DNA from: Lingula anatina
Taxonomy: Eukaryota > Animalia > Brachiopoda
Length of the DNA: 64,000 bases
NCBI GenBank assembly: GCA_051362555.1
Contig: CM120642.1
Coordinates: forward strand, 310,001 to 374,000
Reading direction: 5' to 3'
Made by a program: the position numbers and the translations under genes. Positions 40,001 to 55,000 of this stretch are shown piece after piece; positions within the stretch are counted from its first letter, which is position 1; each line of letters opens with the position of its first letter. A model generated the notes under the pieces. The model saw only the letters and a list, made by a program, of their open reading frames with translations, searched no databases and had not been told where the DNA came from.

Positions 40001-43000
40001 GTAATGGTAAGGGGTATGTGGCAGCCACATTGGATTTTTCTCTAATGAAAAAGGCTTAATCATATTCTTTACAGATATTAAAAATGCAGGAAATATTTAA
40101 GGGAAACTATATTTCTTGAAATATTGATTTTTCCGTGATTGAAATAATTTTTAGATTATAGAACATGTGCCTCAATTGCAATAATTGGTAAAATAATGGC
40201 AGTCATCTTGGATAAAGAAGCCATATTAGATAAAGATATGGTCTCAACTTTACCCTTAAAAATAAATAATTTATCCTTTACCCATAAATTGTAAAGGAAA
40301 TTTTAAAGATATTAAGAAGATGTTTGATCTTTTAAATACGCCACATGCTGTATGCGCCCTTGGGCTAAAATGGTCATATGTGCATGGTGGCCATATTGGA
40401 TTTTTCTCTAGTCATAAAGGTTTTTACTGTACACAGACAGAAAAATACAGGTCAAATTGTACAGAATGTAAATTTCATGATGTGTTGCTTCTATCGTGAT
40501 TGAAAGTAATTCTTGTTTAAACAAAACATGACTTAACTGCAAAAATTGGTAAATTCTTAGCCACTATCTTGGATTAAGACACCATCTCAGATTTACATGT
40601 GAAATCATCCTATACCTGCATATTGTAAAATAAGAATAAAATATACTGCATTTAATAAGGTATTTCAGCTTTCAATAAGACATACATTTTGCTTCTGACT
40701 CAAAATGCTGAGGGGTGTGTGGCGGCCATATTGGATTTTTTTCTTAATAAAAAGTGTCCATAGTGCATACAGAGAAAAGAAATGTTTGAAATATTATAGG
40801 AAAGTTTCATGTGAGGACAGTCTGTTTTTATCTTAATAGAAAGAAATGCTAGATTGAAGAAAACATGACTTAATTGCAAAAATTAATGAAATATTGTCCG
40901 CCATCTTGGATGAAGTGGTCATTTTGAATCCAATTGACAAATTATTGCTACAGATGAACAAGTAACACATATTTCCACAATATACACACGGTAAAAGTAA
41001 TCTACACTTCAGCATTCTTGGCGGTCACCTTGGATTTTTGGGCACTTTTAAGTTTCACAATTGAGCCCATTTGTCAAATAAGCAGATTCATAAACCTCAG
41101 GTATCAAGCTCTCCAACGATATGTTTGAACATTTCATATCATAAATGTTTTACTACCCATTTTGGAGGCTTTTGGAGTTTGGCTCCCCTACTGAAATTAC
41201 AGGTCTCTCTGCCCGATAAAATGTTGGATTTACTTGTTTCTTCCTCATTTAGTCCAAGAGTGAATTGTGCATTTTTACCTACAAGCATGAAATTTGGCAC
41301 AGTTGTAGATAACGGAATTCTAAGCCATTTTGGATATATGTGCATGTCTGAAAATCCCAATATGGCCGCCAAATCCAATATGGCCGCCACAAACACTCTT
41401 TTAAATTAAAACCTCCAATATATAGTCCTACAGTATAATAGTTTAAATATCATTTTATAGTTGAAAAATACCATGCTATGAATAAATTATCAAAATCCGC
41501 TTCTATAGGTGTAGATAAATCCAAAATGGCCTCCAAAAGTAAAATAAGCAGTCTACTTACTCAAAATATGCAGTAGTATGGTGAATTCATCGAGCACTTT
41601 GTATAGTCCTTTATAAAAATATCATTTAATGGTAAGAAAATACCATAGTATCTAGGCAGTATCAGTATCTGCCTATTTAGGTTTTAAAATTCCAAAATGG
41701 TCTCCAAAAGTCAGCGGGCCACATGTATTGAATTGTAATCAATCGTTAATAGGGATGTGGGCTTTGCAACTACCTGTATAATCAGCATATTCTTACTTGT
41801 GCAGGAGCTATTCTACAGAGTTTGTAAAAAACATCAAGCATGATGCATTTATTATGTACTAAAAACAGTCCTTCTTTTTGCTAAACCAACATAAGTTATT
41901 TGGCCTTTTGCTCTGGATTCTCATTAAGATCAATTCCCAGTTAGCGATCTACTTAAATGGCACTCATGGGCGACTCCCCCTTTCAAAAAAAAAAAGTATC
42001 GTGCAAAATCCATAAAATGTGAGAGAAACACCAAAATAACTTAGCCTCAAAGAGGCAAATATAAAAAAGCTTGGGGTGTATGATTCTTATACCATAGTTT
42101 TGTCTAACCATAAAATGTTATCTGAAGCTATTATAGGATTATATACTTGAAGTTTTAATTTGAACGGGTATTTGTGGCAGCCATATAGGATTTGAGGACC
42201 ATATATTGGAATTTTTAGACATACCCATGCATCCAGAAGTGCTTGGAATCCCGTTTTATACAACTGTGCCAAATGCCATGCTTATAGTTTTTGATGAATT
42301 CACCACTCTGCTGGATATCTTGGATTAGTGGACTGCTTAAAAGACTATATACTTGAAGTTTTAATTAGAAACCGTATTTTGGGAGGCCATCTTGGATTTG
42401 GCCTTAGATACAGTCTGGCATAAAGGTATGTTTATAAGACTCCTGAGACAAGGTATCAGAGGCAAGATATACAAACTCATAAAGTACATTCACAATAATA
42501 CCAGACTATGTGTATCGGTTCACACTGGCTTCAATGAACCATTTTTGTCCAAAATTGGTATACGGCAAGGTGATAACCTTAGTCCAGTGTTATTAAACAT
42601 TTTCATGACGACATGGAAAGTGAACTTCACATAAATGCTAACTCAACAAGAGTTGATGGTCTAAGCCACATTTCATACGCAGACGATCTGGTCTTACTCT
42701 CACAAACAAAAGGGGCACAGACCCTGCTCAACAAACTTGAAAACTACTGTCTGAAATGGAAATTGAAGGTAAATGAAAACAAATCTAAAATTATATCATC
42801 AGCATACAAATGGAAATCAATGCATGATTTCTCCTAGAGGAAGAGTATATACAAATACTTCATTTCAAAGGACCCAACACACTCCCTTGAGGGACGCCAA
42901 ATAAAAGTTCCGACAGTGATGGGAAAACATCTGCGTTTTTTGAGACAGATGTGCCCTGTATTCCAATGTTTTTTTTTCTAGAAAGGAAGGTACTAGCTCA

Positions 43001-46000
43001 TGATGTACAGTATCAAAAGGGGCATACGAATCGAGTAAAACCATTAACATTGCTGAATGTTTATCAACCCATTTTTATTTGAGAAGCACACACCTGGTGT
43101 TAAGGTGGGTTTATATGCCGATTGCATTTTCTCAAGAAGATTGTTAGACTTAAGATGGTCGAATGTCCACAACATTTGAATGAAAAATATATATATATAT
43201 TTGACACAGTCCTACAGTTTTGTGGCACGTCAGGATCTAGGTTAGGCTTCTTCAGAATGGGCTTAATAATTGCTGACTTGAAATGCTTTGGAAAAGCCCC
43301 ATGATCAAAACAGGAGTTGACTATTTGAGTGATAAGAGGTTTAATAGTTGGAGTAACCATGGCTAGAACACCACTAGGTAGAGGGTTAAGGGGACATGGT
43401 GTCTCCTTAGACTTCTGGATGATCTTTGTGACTCCTTCAACGGAGGTTTCAAGGTTGTCATTGACTATAGGAGCAATTTTGAAAAATGGAGGATCTGATG
43501 ATGACGGGGTAGCGTCATTCAGAACGGCCAGATCATCGTTAATGCTTGAATTTTTCGTTCTGTAGAAGTCACTTCAAATATCTGCAAATTGCATGGAAAA
43601 GGCATTGGAGACTGGTCATTTCCAAAGAGATGGTTAACCGTTCTGAATTTTTGTTTTTATCATTTGAATCAATCGTATAAGTTAAAACATGCTAAGCTTG
43701 AGATATTACATGGTCAAATTAAATATTTTCTTGCTCACCTATTCTTTTATTAAAATCAAAGATAAGAAGTAAATGATCTTTATTTTCTCCATCACATCCT
43801 AAGAACCCGATCTGCTTGGTCAACTCGTTGCGAACATTGTCCATCACAGTATCGTGGATACTCATTAAGCTTGTTCCTGTTGTTCTGAAAACAAAGAAAT
43901 GTTTACATTTACTGCTTTGTTTCAATCATATCACTTCTTTAGTAGTATATTAGGAGGTTTATGACCTGCAAACATGGTTGCGGCAATGTCTTTTTTTACA
44001 TAGTGAAGACTGAAGCGTAAAAAAGGTGCAAGATGAGGTGTAAGCTGAGCTGCCCTCGAGGTCTATTTACAGAGACATTTTGGATGCATCATATACATTA
44101 TTATTTCATCTCTATTGTCGGACCTTTGTAAGGGAATTTTAATGAGGATTATTTTATAATATAAAACTTGAAAACTTAAAAAAATACAGTCAGGTGAGAC
44201 TATTGTAATTAACAAATTTAAAGATTATTATGGAACAGTTGCAGCATTAAAAATTTTAATAAATAGCAATCTGAAAGAAGAATTTTGCATCATTATTAAA
44301 TGATGATAGGAATTTTGGATTAAGAGATTAGTTAAATACTGAGTAGTGATATGGTCAGTCAATTTATGTAGAATCTGATAATATGATTGAAAATACTGAT
44401 TGAATTCTTGGCCTTGCACTGGGCAGTTTTACATTTGTGCCAAGTGCTCTTTTTGGACTCCATTGTACAGTGGTAAAAAATCTTCAATTGCCATGAAAGT
44501 TTTTCATCAGACTCTGTATGTTGCTGCTATCTGCTGGTGCTATCGGCAACGGATTAATTTGCCTTTGTTTCTGAATGAATTTACCGTCTAAAATCACTAT
44601 TACTGAAAATATTTGCGTTTTGCTGAGGGTAGGCCGTGTGTACAACAGAATTTAAAAAAAAACCCTAGCGATATTTGGTCAGGAGTTGCTTGAAGCATAG
44701 CACAGCACTATCGGCACCAGGCCGTTACTTTGTCAATTCTCACGAATTACCCACGAATCGCGAACCCATTCATCTCCTATGGCAATCTAGCAACTCATTA
44801 AAAATGTACGCATGCGCAGTGGGCTAGGCGTGACGCCATGCAGTGCATTTCTGGAGATGGCAAGAACTGTAAATTAGACCCAGTCGGTGGCTAAAAATAA
44901 CAGCTTATTAAGACTAAAAAATTGCATTGGTGGCTAAAAATAGAAGCTTCCTAAGACAAAAAAATTGCATTTAAAAAGTGTACTGTGCCGTAAAGTTCGG
45001 GTTCGGTCCGACAATAGGGATGAAATTATAATGTCAACAAACATAGCAAGAGCTGTAAATCAGACCCACCTGGCTTACTAGGAAGCATCGTGTCAAGGGG
45101 TCACTAAAAAATAATGCTTGGGTTTTTTTAAGTTTTCAAGTTTTATATTATAAAATAATTGTCATTAAAATTCCCTTATAAAGGTCCGATAATAGAGATG
45201 AGATTATAATGTATATGATGCCTACATAAAGTATCTGTAACTAGACCTCGTGAGCCTGAAGATCTCTGTTATTCTATGTCACCTGCACTGAATAATTAAA
45301 CTTTCGGACAAGATAAATAGGACTTAAATACAGTTGGAAAACCAGCCTGGTTGATTCTTTTTTGTGGAAGTCACTGCAATTTTCTAATACTTGTGTGAAG
45401 AGCCAGTTGTTTACATATTGGCATTTTCAAGGATAAAGTGTTACATTGAACGTCCATGATAGTTCCTCACCAACGGTGGTCTATCGTTTCATTTCGTTAA
45501 AATAATCATAGGGACCAGACAGTTTTCACTGTGCGCGAAGATAATCAATTATAAAATTCCCAAAAGATGTATTTACCCACGAAAGATGCGCCAACTAATA
45601 GATAATCGCGATTGTACTTTGTCGAAATATCAAATTGAAGTGCCCTGCCGTTCGACCCTTTAAACTAATCAAAACAAAGGAAATGGGGTCACCTAACCTT
45701 CCCACCAGCCTTGCAATGTAAACAAAGCAGCATGAACGACTCTTGACGGAGATTCTTGAGAGAAAGACGGAATCTTTGTCTACTTCACATCGTTCTTGTT
45801 GTATGCACGTAGCAGAAGATTGCTCAGAGACTGGCATATCACGTGTTCGCTGGGAAATTTTTCAAAACGCAGCTAAACAATGGCTCTAATTTGGCGGTAA
45901 CTAGAAGCCGCTGCTGTGCAGTCGGTTCGTGCAGATTTAGACAACTTTGACAACTTGGAGCCCACGATGCCACCGACTTTTCTTGCTTCAGGATGATTAT

Positions 46001-49000
46001 GAACAAGTAGCGTTATCTCAGACAGAACACAAGTATGAGAAAGCTGAGAAACAAGGCAGTCCTGCTAAAGACGGTAAATCAACATAATGCAAATTGTTTT
46101 TAAGGCCGGTGATAGGGTTAAATACGCTTAAAATCATGTTTTTGAGGTTTTTGTGTGTTTATATTAATCAAAAAAGTATCTAACGTTGGATGTAATAATT
46201 TTTATGAATTTACATCGCAAAATGTGTCTTTTGATGAGTTTTTCAACCGGCACCCGCCCCAGTCAGGCTGACAACTACGCCACGCCTCTGTTACTAAGGG
46301 CCGTTGCAATGAGGGGGTCGGAGCACAGTTAATGAGTTATAAGCCGATTACGTGTGCGGTAATAGGTCATAAGTCTTACATCAGCTTAGCAGCGAAGAAG
46401 TCTAGCTAGTACACTATGGGGAAGAGAAAAGTTCGTGTTAAAAGTCCATTTCCTGAGGAAAGAAAGAAAATTTTGAAAGAGAGTAGGGCCTATGCGTGGC
46501 GGTTGGGGAAAACCGGTCCTATTTGTTCAGACGGATGACTGATTTCTGAATACCTAATAAATGGGCAAAAGAGTTAATCCAATCGTCTAAATTAATTGAC
46601 AAATGAAAGAAAAATCGATAAATAAAAAAAAAAAAAAACGCTAAAAATGATACTTTTAGCCTAGCTAATTTTTGCAATATATATCGGCGAGCGTATCTGC
46701 GACACGTTACGAAACCGGAAATGATTGTTGGTCGCTGTTTGCAAAAGGTAAATCTAATGTTGACAAAATAAAATTTTATTCTCCAAGATATGATATCATG
46801 GAGCTTGAGAGACACGCGAAAAATTGTGATGTGAATGGCCAAACGAGAGAAATCCAAGCAAGGGTTGACAGCATGATTAAAACAATAAAAATAAAAACGC
46901 ATGTTAGCGGCTTTGCATTTTGCGATGTTTGGAGAAAAACTATTTCAAAATCACTGATCAAGCGGGAAGAAAGAGTTCAAAATGTATCCAAAAATGAAAA
47001 TCACAAAAAGACCCCGAGAATAGTCAAGACTAGCAGGTAAAAAGCAAATAGGGTCTAAGTGTCATGTGTGTAAAAATAAAATATTTATTCAAAAGCCTTC
47101 TCTCAGCCACTTTTATCGCTGATTCTTGTGCAGCTGAGCGTCTCCCCTTTATCTTAGCTGGCATTTTGAGAAATACCGCTATGAAGTAATCACTGGATTT
47201 TTCCGTTGATCTGACGATTGCCAAGTGTCGTGCAAAATAATCCTGCAGCGTTACCCGTCAAAAAACTCGTATTAACACAAGTGACGGACACTTGCTCTCG
47301 ACACAGTTTTATGTGATCACTTTGCCGATAGCAAAGAAGGAATCTCTCAGGTAAAATTACTCGATTGCTGAGGAAGAGCCATTGAAACGTTCAAATGCAA
47401 CTTCACACCTCTTAATTGCGGTTAAACGTAATCGCCTTTGTTAGCGCTTCCTTCTACATATCCTTGACACCCTACGGGGCATCACTAGGCTAGGGCCCTC
47501 TCCAGAGCTGTCAATCAAAATAATGGCGGCACGCTTACATTACATTATATATTTTCCAATATGAAATATAAAGTCATCTAATTATTGAGTGATTTAAGGT
47601 AGATCGGTCGTTACGTAATTTGACGATTTGCGCAATTTCAGCGCATCGTCAATCGTTTCTAACGACATTTCAGTCTGTTTATTAATTTAAGGAAATAAAA
47701 CAATTATTTGTAAGATAAACAAACATTATAACTCTTTAACTCGGTACGTTCGATATAGATTTTCGACAACATTCCCCGACTTTGATTCCATATGACAACT
47801 GTAGAACGTTCATAGACTTGCCCTTCAAGAAATCGACGGAAAATGGCTCTTTTTCAAATTTGAATGGGCACTGTAGAAAAAGTATGACAGCTAAAGCTCA
47901 CAAATTATGCACGTAGGTTCTATATCATGTAAAGAATAAGTCTTGTAAATTTCAATCAAAGCGGTTGCGTATATTTTGAGGTAGAACGCTCGACGATAAC
48001 CGGAAGTGCATCGTGACGCCACTCACTTGTAGGCCTACTTGGAAAGCTGCTGGGGTGATTTTCCGATGAGAAATATTTCGTAGCTTCTACAAATGTTCGA
48101 AAAAATGACCATACAGCTTGAAGAAAATTCACTAATCAAAATTGAAACTGCGTAATATTATACAGAAAATATTGTGCATTTCTGACCTCGACTTGTCAGT
48201 GTAAACAAAGTGTACTGAACGCATCGCAAGCAAGCACGTGAATGCCGCGTTTGAAACTTTGTATCAGACGCTTCATTTTACTTGACAACACAGTGTTTAC
48301 GATAAGCATGACGGGCAAAACGGCGAAAAAAAAACATGTCTTTCCGTCGATTTCTTGAAGGGCAGTGTTGTTGAGATTTTTTAAGCTATTGGTGGATTTT
48401 TGACTTTTTGGGTGGTGCTGGTACATGCAACATTAATGAGATTTTTCTGTGTGCTGATTTCCATTTTTTTTTTTTTTTTTGGGGGGGGGGGAGCCAAAAA
48501 GTCACATTCATTATATTCATTACATAAATAAATAATAACGGCAATAAACTGTTTTCACATGCATGACATATTTCCCTCTCCAATAAATCTGTTGTAAAGT
48601 TAATGGCTTACACCTTCGCATCAGTATGACAAATCTAAAAATACATGTAGCTAGTATACTCACTTCAACTGTTAAACATAATGAAAGTTTTAATTGTACT
48701 TGGATGTCTCTCCACACAAACCAAAAATAAAAAAATTCAAACTTAGAATCATAAAAATAACTTTTTACTGAAAAAACGCCCATTTTCCCATTGATTTGAA
48801 TGGGGACTAATGCGTCACGCAGGGTGTAATTCACTTGGCGTAGTTCTCTTTTTTGGTTGGTGACCCCCAATTTTTTTTTTTTTTTTTTTTTTTTTTGCAA
48901 AATTAAAATGTACTTGCATGCCTCTTTAAATAAAAATGTTTTTAACAAATTCGAACGTTAGGAAATCATAAAAATAATGCTTAAATGAAAAAACACCCAT

Positions 49001-52000
49001 TTTCCCATTGATTTGAATGGGGACTAGTGCGATATGCAGGGTGTGACATATTTGGGCGTAGTTCTCTTATTTGGTCGGTGACCCCCAAATTATCTGCAAA
49101 TTTTTAACGTATTTGGGTGTCTCTTCAAACAAACAAACAAAAAAATTCGAACGTTGGAACATGTAACGACCGATCTAGCTTAATACACTTTAACACACCT
49201 GAGAATGTATCTGCCTTCAATCTAACAATGCAGATAACTGCACGATCATTACATACCGTAGTGTAGTGTGTGACATGAGATTGTATTAAAGGTGATACAG
49301 TACACACGGGCTGAACACCATATGATTTTGCCGTGAATTTCTGTCATCATTTAGCAAATTACGTAAATACACGTATATGGCTAACTTCTCTAACCTTTCT
49401 CTTATTATAAACATCTTTTTTTTAGAAAATCCACGACGTATTTTTTTATTGAAACAATGGATGGGAATCCTCTATTAAATCGACAAGCTTCGCGTGGAAA
49501 TCCATTGTTTACATCTGTCAGATGTAGGTCAAGTGATCACGTGACCGTGTTTCCGCTGATTTGATTGGTGTAAAGGGTCGAACGGCAAGAAAATCCATTT
49601 CGACGATCGTAACGAAGTTTAAGCGCTATTTACTCAAAGTTGGCGCACCTTTCGTGGTTAAAAACATCTTGTGGCAATAGTTTTACTGAGTATCTGCATT
49701 CACATTGAAAAATGTCCGGCCCTATGAATCTTTTAACGAAAGTGCTTTTCTAGAAGCATTTACCCTTATCAGGTGAGGGACTATGCGGCTACTTACCTTT
49801 GCTAGTCTAACTTTCCATTATACTTTTACCATGTTATAAAATTGGTGGTGATTATGCTGTTCAGCATAATATATAATTACAACACAATTCATCAACATTT
49901 ACATCAAATCATTATATTTTAATTCTGCTTTTGGTCTATACATTAAGCACCTTTGCTACCTTGTTGATAACGTTTTCTCAAGGACGTCATAAAAATAATT
50001 AACTATGAAAAACATGCTATACTACATTTACTTATTTTGCAAAAATCATATCTTACTTTTCTGGACCATCACTTTCTTCCATGGGATCCATCTCGGACCC
50101 TCTGAGGCAGACTTCCTTGATTGCTTTCTAAAACAATAATATGGTTACGGGTAATAAAACTCTTATAACCTTAAATCAATCCAGATGTCATAGTTTAAAA
50201 TAATGTACCTTCCCTTCAGTATTGCATTAATTTGCAAAATACATGTACATTTGTGTCTGTTTCTCCACTATTGCTAACAGTAAATAAGTAAGTCTATATA
50301 ATTTTCGAAAATGGAAACATTCACTTTTGTGGATAAATTCAATACCATATTCCTGGTCACAGTCACTCTGTACCACGGTAAGTCGTTGAATTTTTACCAC
50401 GTAAGCGAAAATTGGTGTAGATTACTGACTCTTCGGGAGCATTCACATTAAAGATGCATACAAAGTCAATTTTTTGTCACAAAAACCAACCAAATGCCAG
50501 CATATAGTTTCAAGTTGTATAACTAAGAGAATTACCAAAAGGCATTGTTTAATTTTAGCGGAAAATGATGTTTGGACAAATTTTTCTGCAGGCATTCTAA
50601 GCTGTATGTCAATGGGGCAGGAAAGTAGGTCACGAAAGAAGGTTAAATTTACAACCAAAAATTTAAAGAAAGGAGCAGTCTAAAGGTCTTTTATGGCTGA
50701 TCGAGTGATATATTCAGTTTATCCCTTGGCATGTCAAATTTATTTGAGTCATATAAGAATCTAGTAGAAGTGGTTTACATGAGATACTGTGAATCCATGC
50801 TCCACCTATGCTCGGTTCGTATGTACTTTTAAGAAGACACGAAGTCTAATAAGGCCGAGATCTAAATATGGCGGACCTATACACGAAAGGAATACTGCTT
50901 AATCCATTAATGGTCTCTCCGCCTCTCACACTCCTCCCCGCGCGTCGTCCGTGCAGGGGCACACTATTTAAATATCGGCTCAGTTCGACTGGTCGAGGGA
51001 CAACGCGTGGGGAGCCGCGTGAGAGGCGGAGAGACCATTACAGGATTAAGCAGTTTCCCTTTCATGTAGGCCCGCCATATTTAGGTCGCGGCCTTATTAG
51101 ACCTCGGCTCTTCTCGATGTGAATGCTCCTTTACTCTACTGGATAACAATGAAACTCTTTCATTATAACACAAGTCCCATGGTTTGAAACTGTTATTATA
51201 ATAAGAATAAAGAAGGGAGGGTTGTGCTAAGAACAGAAGCTAAAATAACTTAAATAACGAAAAAAATCAACCAATTTTCAATTATGCAATGTAGAAGAGG
51301 AATTCAATGGCACTTTATTGTCATTTTTATGTGACTTCTTATTTTTAAATCCATTCTATAATTTCTTGATTATTAGATTTATTTCAAATTTTAGATCGTA
51401 TGTCGTCACTTTTAAATACAGGTCTTCATTGTCAAATGTCACTAAATATAGGGAATGGTTTATTTAATGAAGAAGACAGTAAATGTTTATTTTTTGGATA
51501 TGAATTTAAATTCTAGAGCACCGATTCGTTGACTTTTTACTTACTTATTTATTTATCTTTTTGGTGGGGGTCATTATTGTCACCTTTTGGTATCAGTACA
51601 AAAAAAGTTTTATCCAGTGTCGAGAGATAAATAAATACAGTGTGCACGGAAACTCTTTCACGCCTTACAGCCTAATACTGATTTGAAAATACCGACCTCA
51701 ACTCTATAATCCTAATTATATATAAATGAATAATCGATTAATGAAGACGACAGATCATTGAAATATAGTTTCTAGTTATTTACTTTCTTTGAATAATCTA
51801 GAGGATTAGAACGCATACATTGGAATCATGAGTACATTTGCCTTTATTGTAAAGACTTCTTATTTTTCACTTAAGACAGTTGGTCTTTTTTCTGATTTTT
51901 CACTAAATACAGTTTGGCTTTCGCGTTCATCATTAGGCCAAACTGGGACTTCTTGCATTGCATAGGCGTCATAAATTTTCTCTCTCCGTAGGCGTTCAGG

Positions 52001-55000
52001 TATTTTTAAATGGTTGTAACTTACACATTTTTGCAACTTTTCTCGTTAGTCTGGTTGTTCATGTAAAATGGCATTTTCGAAGGTTTATTAGTTAAAAAAA
52101 AAAAAAAAAACTAGGGGAAAGTGTCGTCCTCAAAATGTCATTATTACATGTAAATGTGCACTAAACTCTTAATATTTCGAAGGGTGTGTTGACGGGGGGT
52201 TTGATTGCGCAATTGTGACGTAAAAAAAGATGTAACCCTATTGTTTTATTGCGATGATGATTGATCCTAAAACAATAGGATGATGTGCCATTGTTTCGAC
52301 TATAAAACAATATGATAAAGTGTTGTTACGTCATAATAAAGTAACCCACTAATTGATCTTAAAACACCAACAAATTCTAAAACAATACGTGTTGCTGCGT
52401 CACACTTACGTAATTGGGATGCTTATTGATCCAAAAACAATAACATTATGTGTTTTTATGTTTCAATTTTAAAACAATAGGGTTGCGTCTTGTTACGTAA
52501 CAACTGCGTAATCAAAACCCCATTCGAAATACTGAGAGTTTGGTGCATATATACTATTATCATATGTATGTTTCATGTTTGATTTTTTTTTATTACAGGA
52601 CCTTTCAATAAATGTGGCCGACAGCGGCCAAATTTCGAACACCATACATGTACTTGTATCTTCTTTATTGATACCTTTGATTGTGTAAACTAAACATACA
52701 GAATATATTTCACGTACCTTCATTTCCGTGTTGTACTTCGCCACCATGTCTTCCAGTATTTTCTTGCATCTTAACTCCACACTAGCATCCCAGGCACTCT
52801 TTATGACAGGTATGGTGCCTGGATCATTCACAGCTTCCACATAGTGCTGTAGCATCGTGGCAAGCTGATCCCCTAGAAATGGTGATAAAGGGGTGATAAA
52901 AGGGTGACTTTCTAATGTTGAGACCAATTTCATATGGTTGAGACCAATTTGCAGTCCACAAGTAGATGAAATTAAATGTTCATCTTTCATTCCCAAAAAA
53001 TTTACCAAAATATTAGCTCAGGAAACAATATACCTGTTATCCTTGAACCCACAGTAATCCCTCGCTTGCATTCAAGACGAGACAGGATGTGTTCTATAAA
53101 CTCATTCATTTTCTCATTGAATTTAGGTTTGATAGCATTAGCATTTGCTGCAATATCTTCCAAAAGATCTTCATCTCCTGGGCTAGGAAGGGGAAATGCT
53201 TCCACTCTTTGAAAAGCCATCAGTATGAGTCTCCCTATTTTCTCTTGGTCAGTTTCTTCCTGTGAGGCCTTCCTGAAAACCTGATGACAAAAAACATGCA
53301 TATACGAAAGAGTAAATGTTTAAATGAAAAAAATAATTTTGCAAATAAATCATCTAGAATTGGACAGCGTTTAACAAACTAAAAACAAGCATGATATTTA
53401 TAACATATACCACCAGCAGTCCTACAGAAACCTCGCACGCAATTTCACTCCATACTTGGACATGCATTGTTAATACACGTTGCTAATTGAAAACTAAATC
53501 CACATTATTCAACGAGAACAAGAAGTGTGAATTCTCTGAGAAGTATTTTCAACTTTCATTCCCTCCTTTAAAAACCTGTTGCTCTTTATTTTTATGAAAA
53601 AAAAGATGAGATCTGTTTTGAAGGTGTATATGTGCATCAAATCTGGCAAATTTTCAATATACTGGAGTAAGTGGCATTGTTTTCCCTCCAAACACCAAAA
53701 CTTTTCGGGGCCCTTTGGCGGGCACCGAATCCCACACTGAGGGGGTCAAAGGTCGTCTTCTTTTCCGAGGTTTTTCATTCCTTAAAAAAATGGACTCCCT
53801 TTAAATAGTCATGGATACGCCTCTGTCATAGCACCTGTCAATTGCGTTCAGCAGACAAAAATTCTTCTCGACAGAATTATTTCCCAAATATGTTTTTTTT
53901 TCTCCAAATTCGCATCGCCGCACATGTTTAAATGGAAAACACACGGGCTTTTATACATTTGAACGGTTTTTAATGATTTAGTCCAGGCAATCTGTGGTTT
54001 GAGTGTTAAGTAATTACAACTTTTTTTGTTCACCATTGCTTTTAAATGAAGTCCCCAAAATGACGTACCCTGTACTAAAAGTCCTTAGGAATCCTAGCAT
54101 GGGAAATATGAAAAAATCCAAGATGGCCATAGTTATTATGGGTACAACCACGGAGAAAAAGTGTCCATTGTCAAATTTTAATTGCTTTTCAGCGTTACCC
54201 ATTTCTTCAATACTCTTATAATATGTATATGTTGGCAAAAATTGTGTATCCTTCGGTAAGTTGAGAAAATCCAAGCTGGTTGCCATTTCCCATAGAAATG
54301 TATGGGCTTCAAAAATATAAATATATGCTTGGGGAAAACAGTGTACGATATGAAATGAAAGTTTGATTCGCATTGTTTTCCACATCGTAATCAGACCTAT
54401 AATATACAGTATATCTATTTATCATTAAGTAAAAAAGATGTGGAATTGGCCTCTGAATTGGGAAGCCATAAGAACGGGTGCAGCAACTCGTGGGTCCGAG
54501 CAAATTACCTTTTCCATTGAAAAAACGGTACAGTTTATAATGATTGATCGTTTTGACAACAACTTATCACTGGTCATTAACCATAAAGTCTGCGCCGCCA
54601 ATAATATTTCCTTTCTCTTCACTTAAATGTCTTTATCAAGGCTGTTCATATGGTCATATCGTACCCCTAATTGATTCAGCAACTCACCCAGTATAGAACC
54701 ACGTCATACAGTGGTGAATTTAGGGGGGTCGAGGGGGTCCTGATTACCCCTACGGTTTCATAAAAAAATAACGCCCTTCTTGAAGTTAGATTTTGAGTAG
54801 TTATATCACACGTCTAAACTGTACCAACACCAATTTTTGAGGGAGCCTTCAGCGGACACCGAGCCCCAAGTCAAGGGGGTCGAGGGTCGGCTTAATATAT
54901 GTTTAATACCTATAAAATTAAACCGGGATTTTAAAGGCGTTTTGTCTCTGTGCAGAAGCGATAGATGAAAACCAGCAATTTACAACGAAGCCCTTAAATC

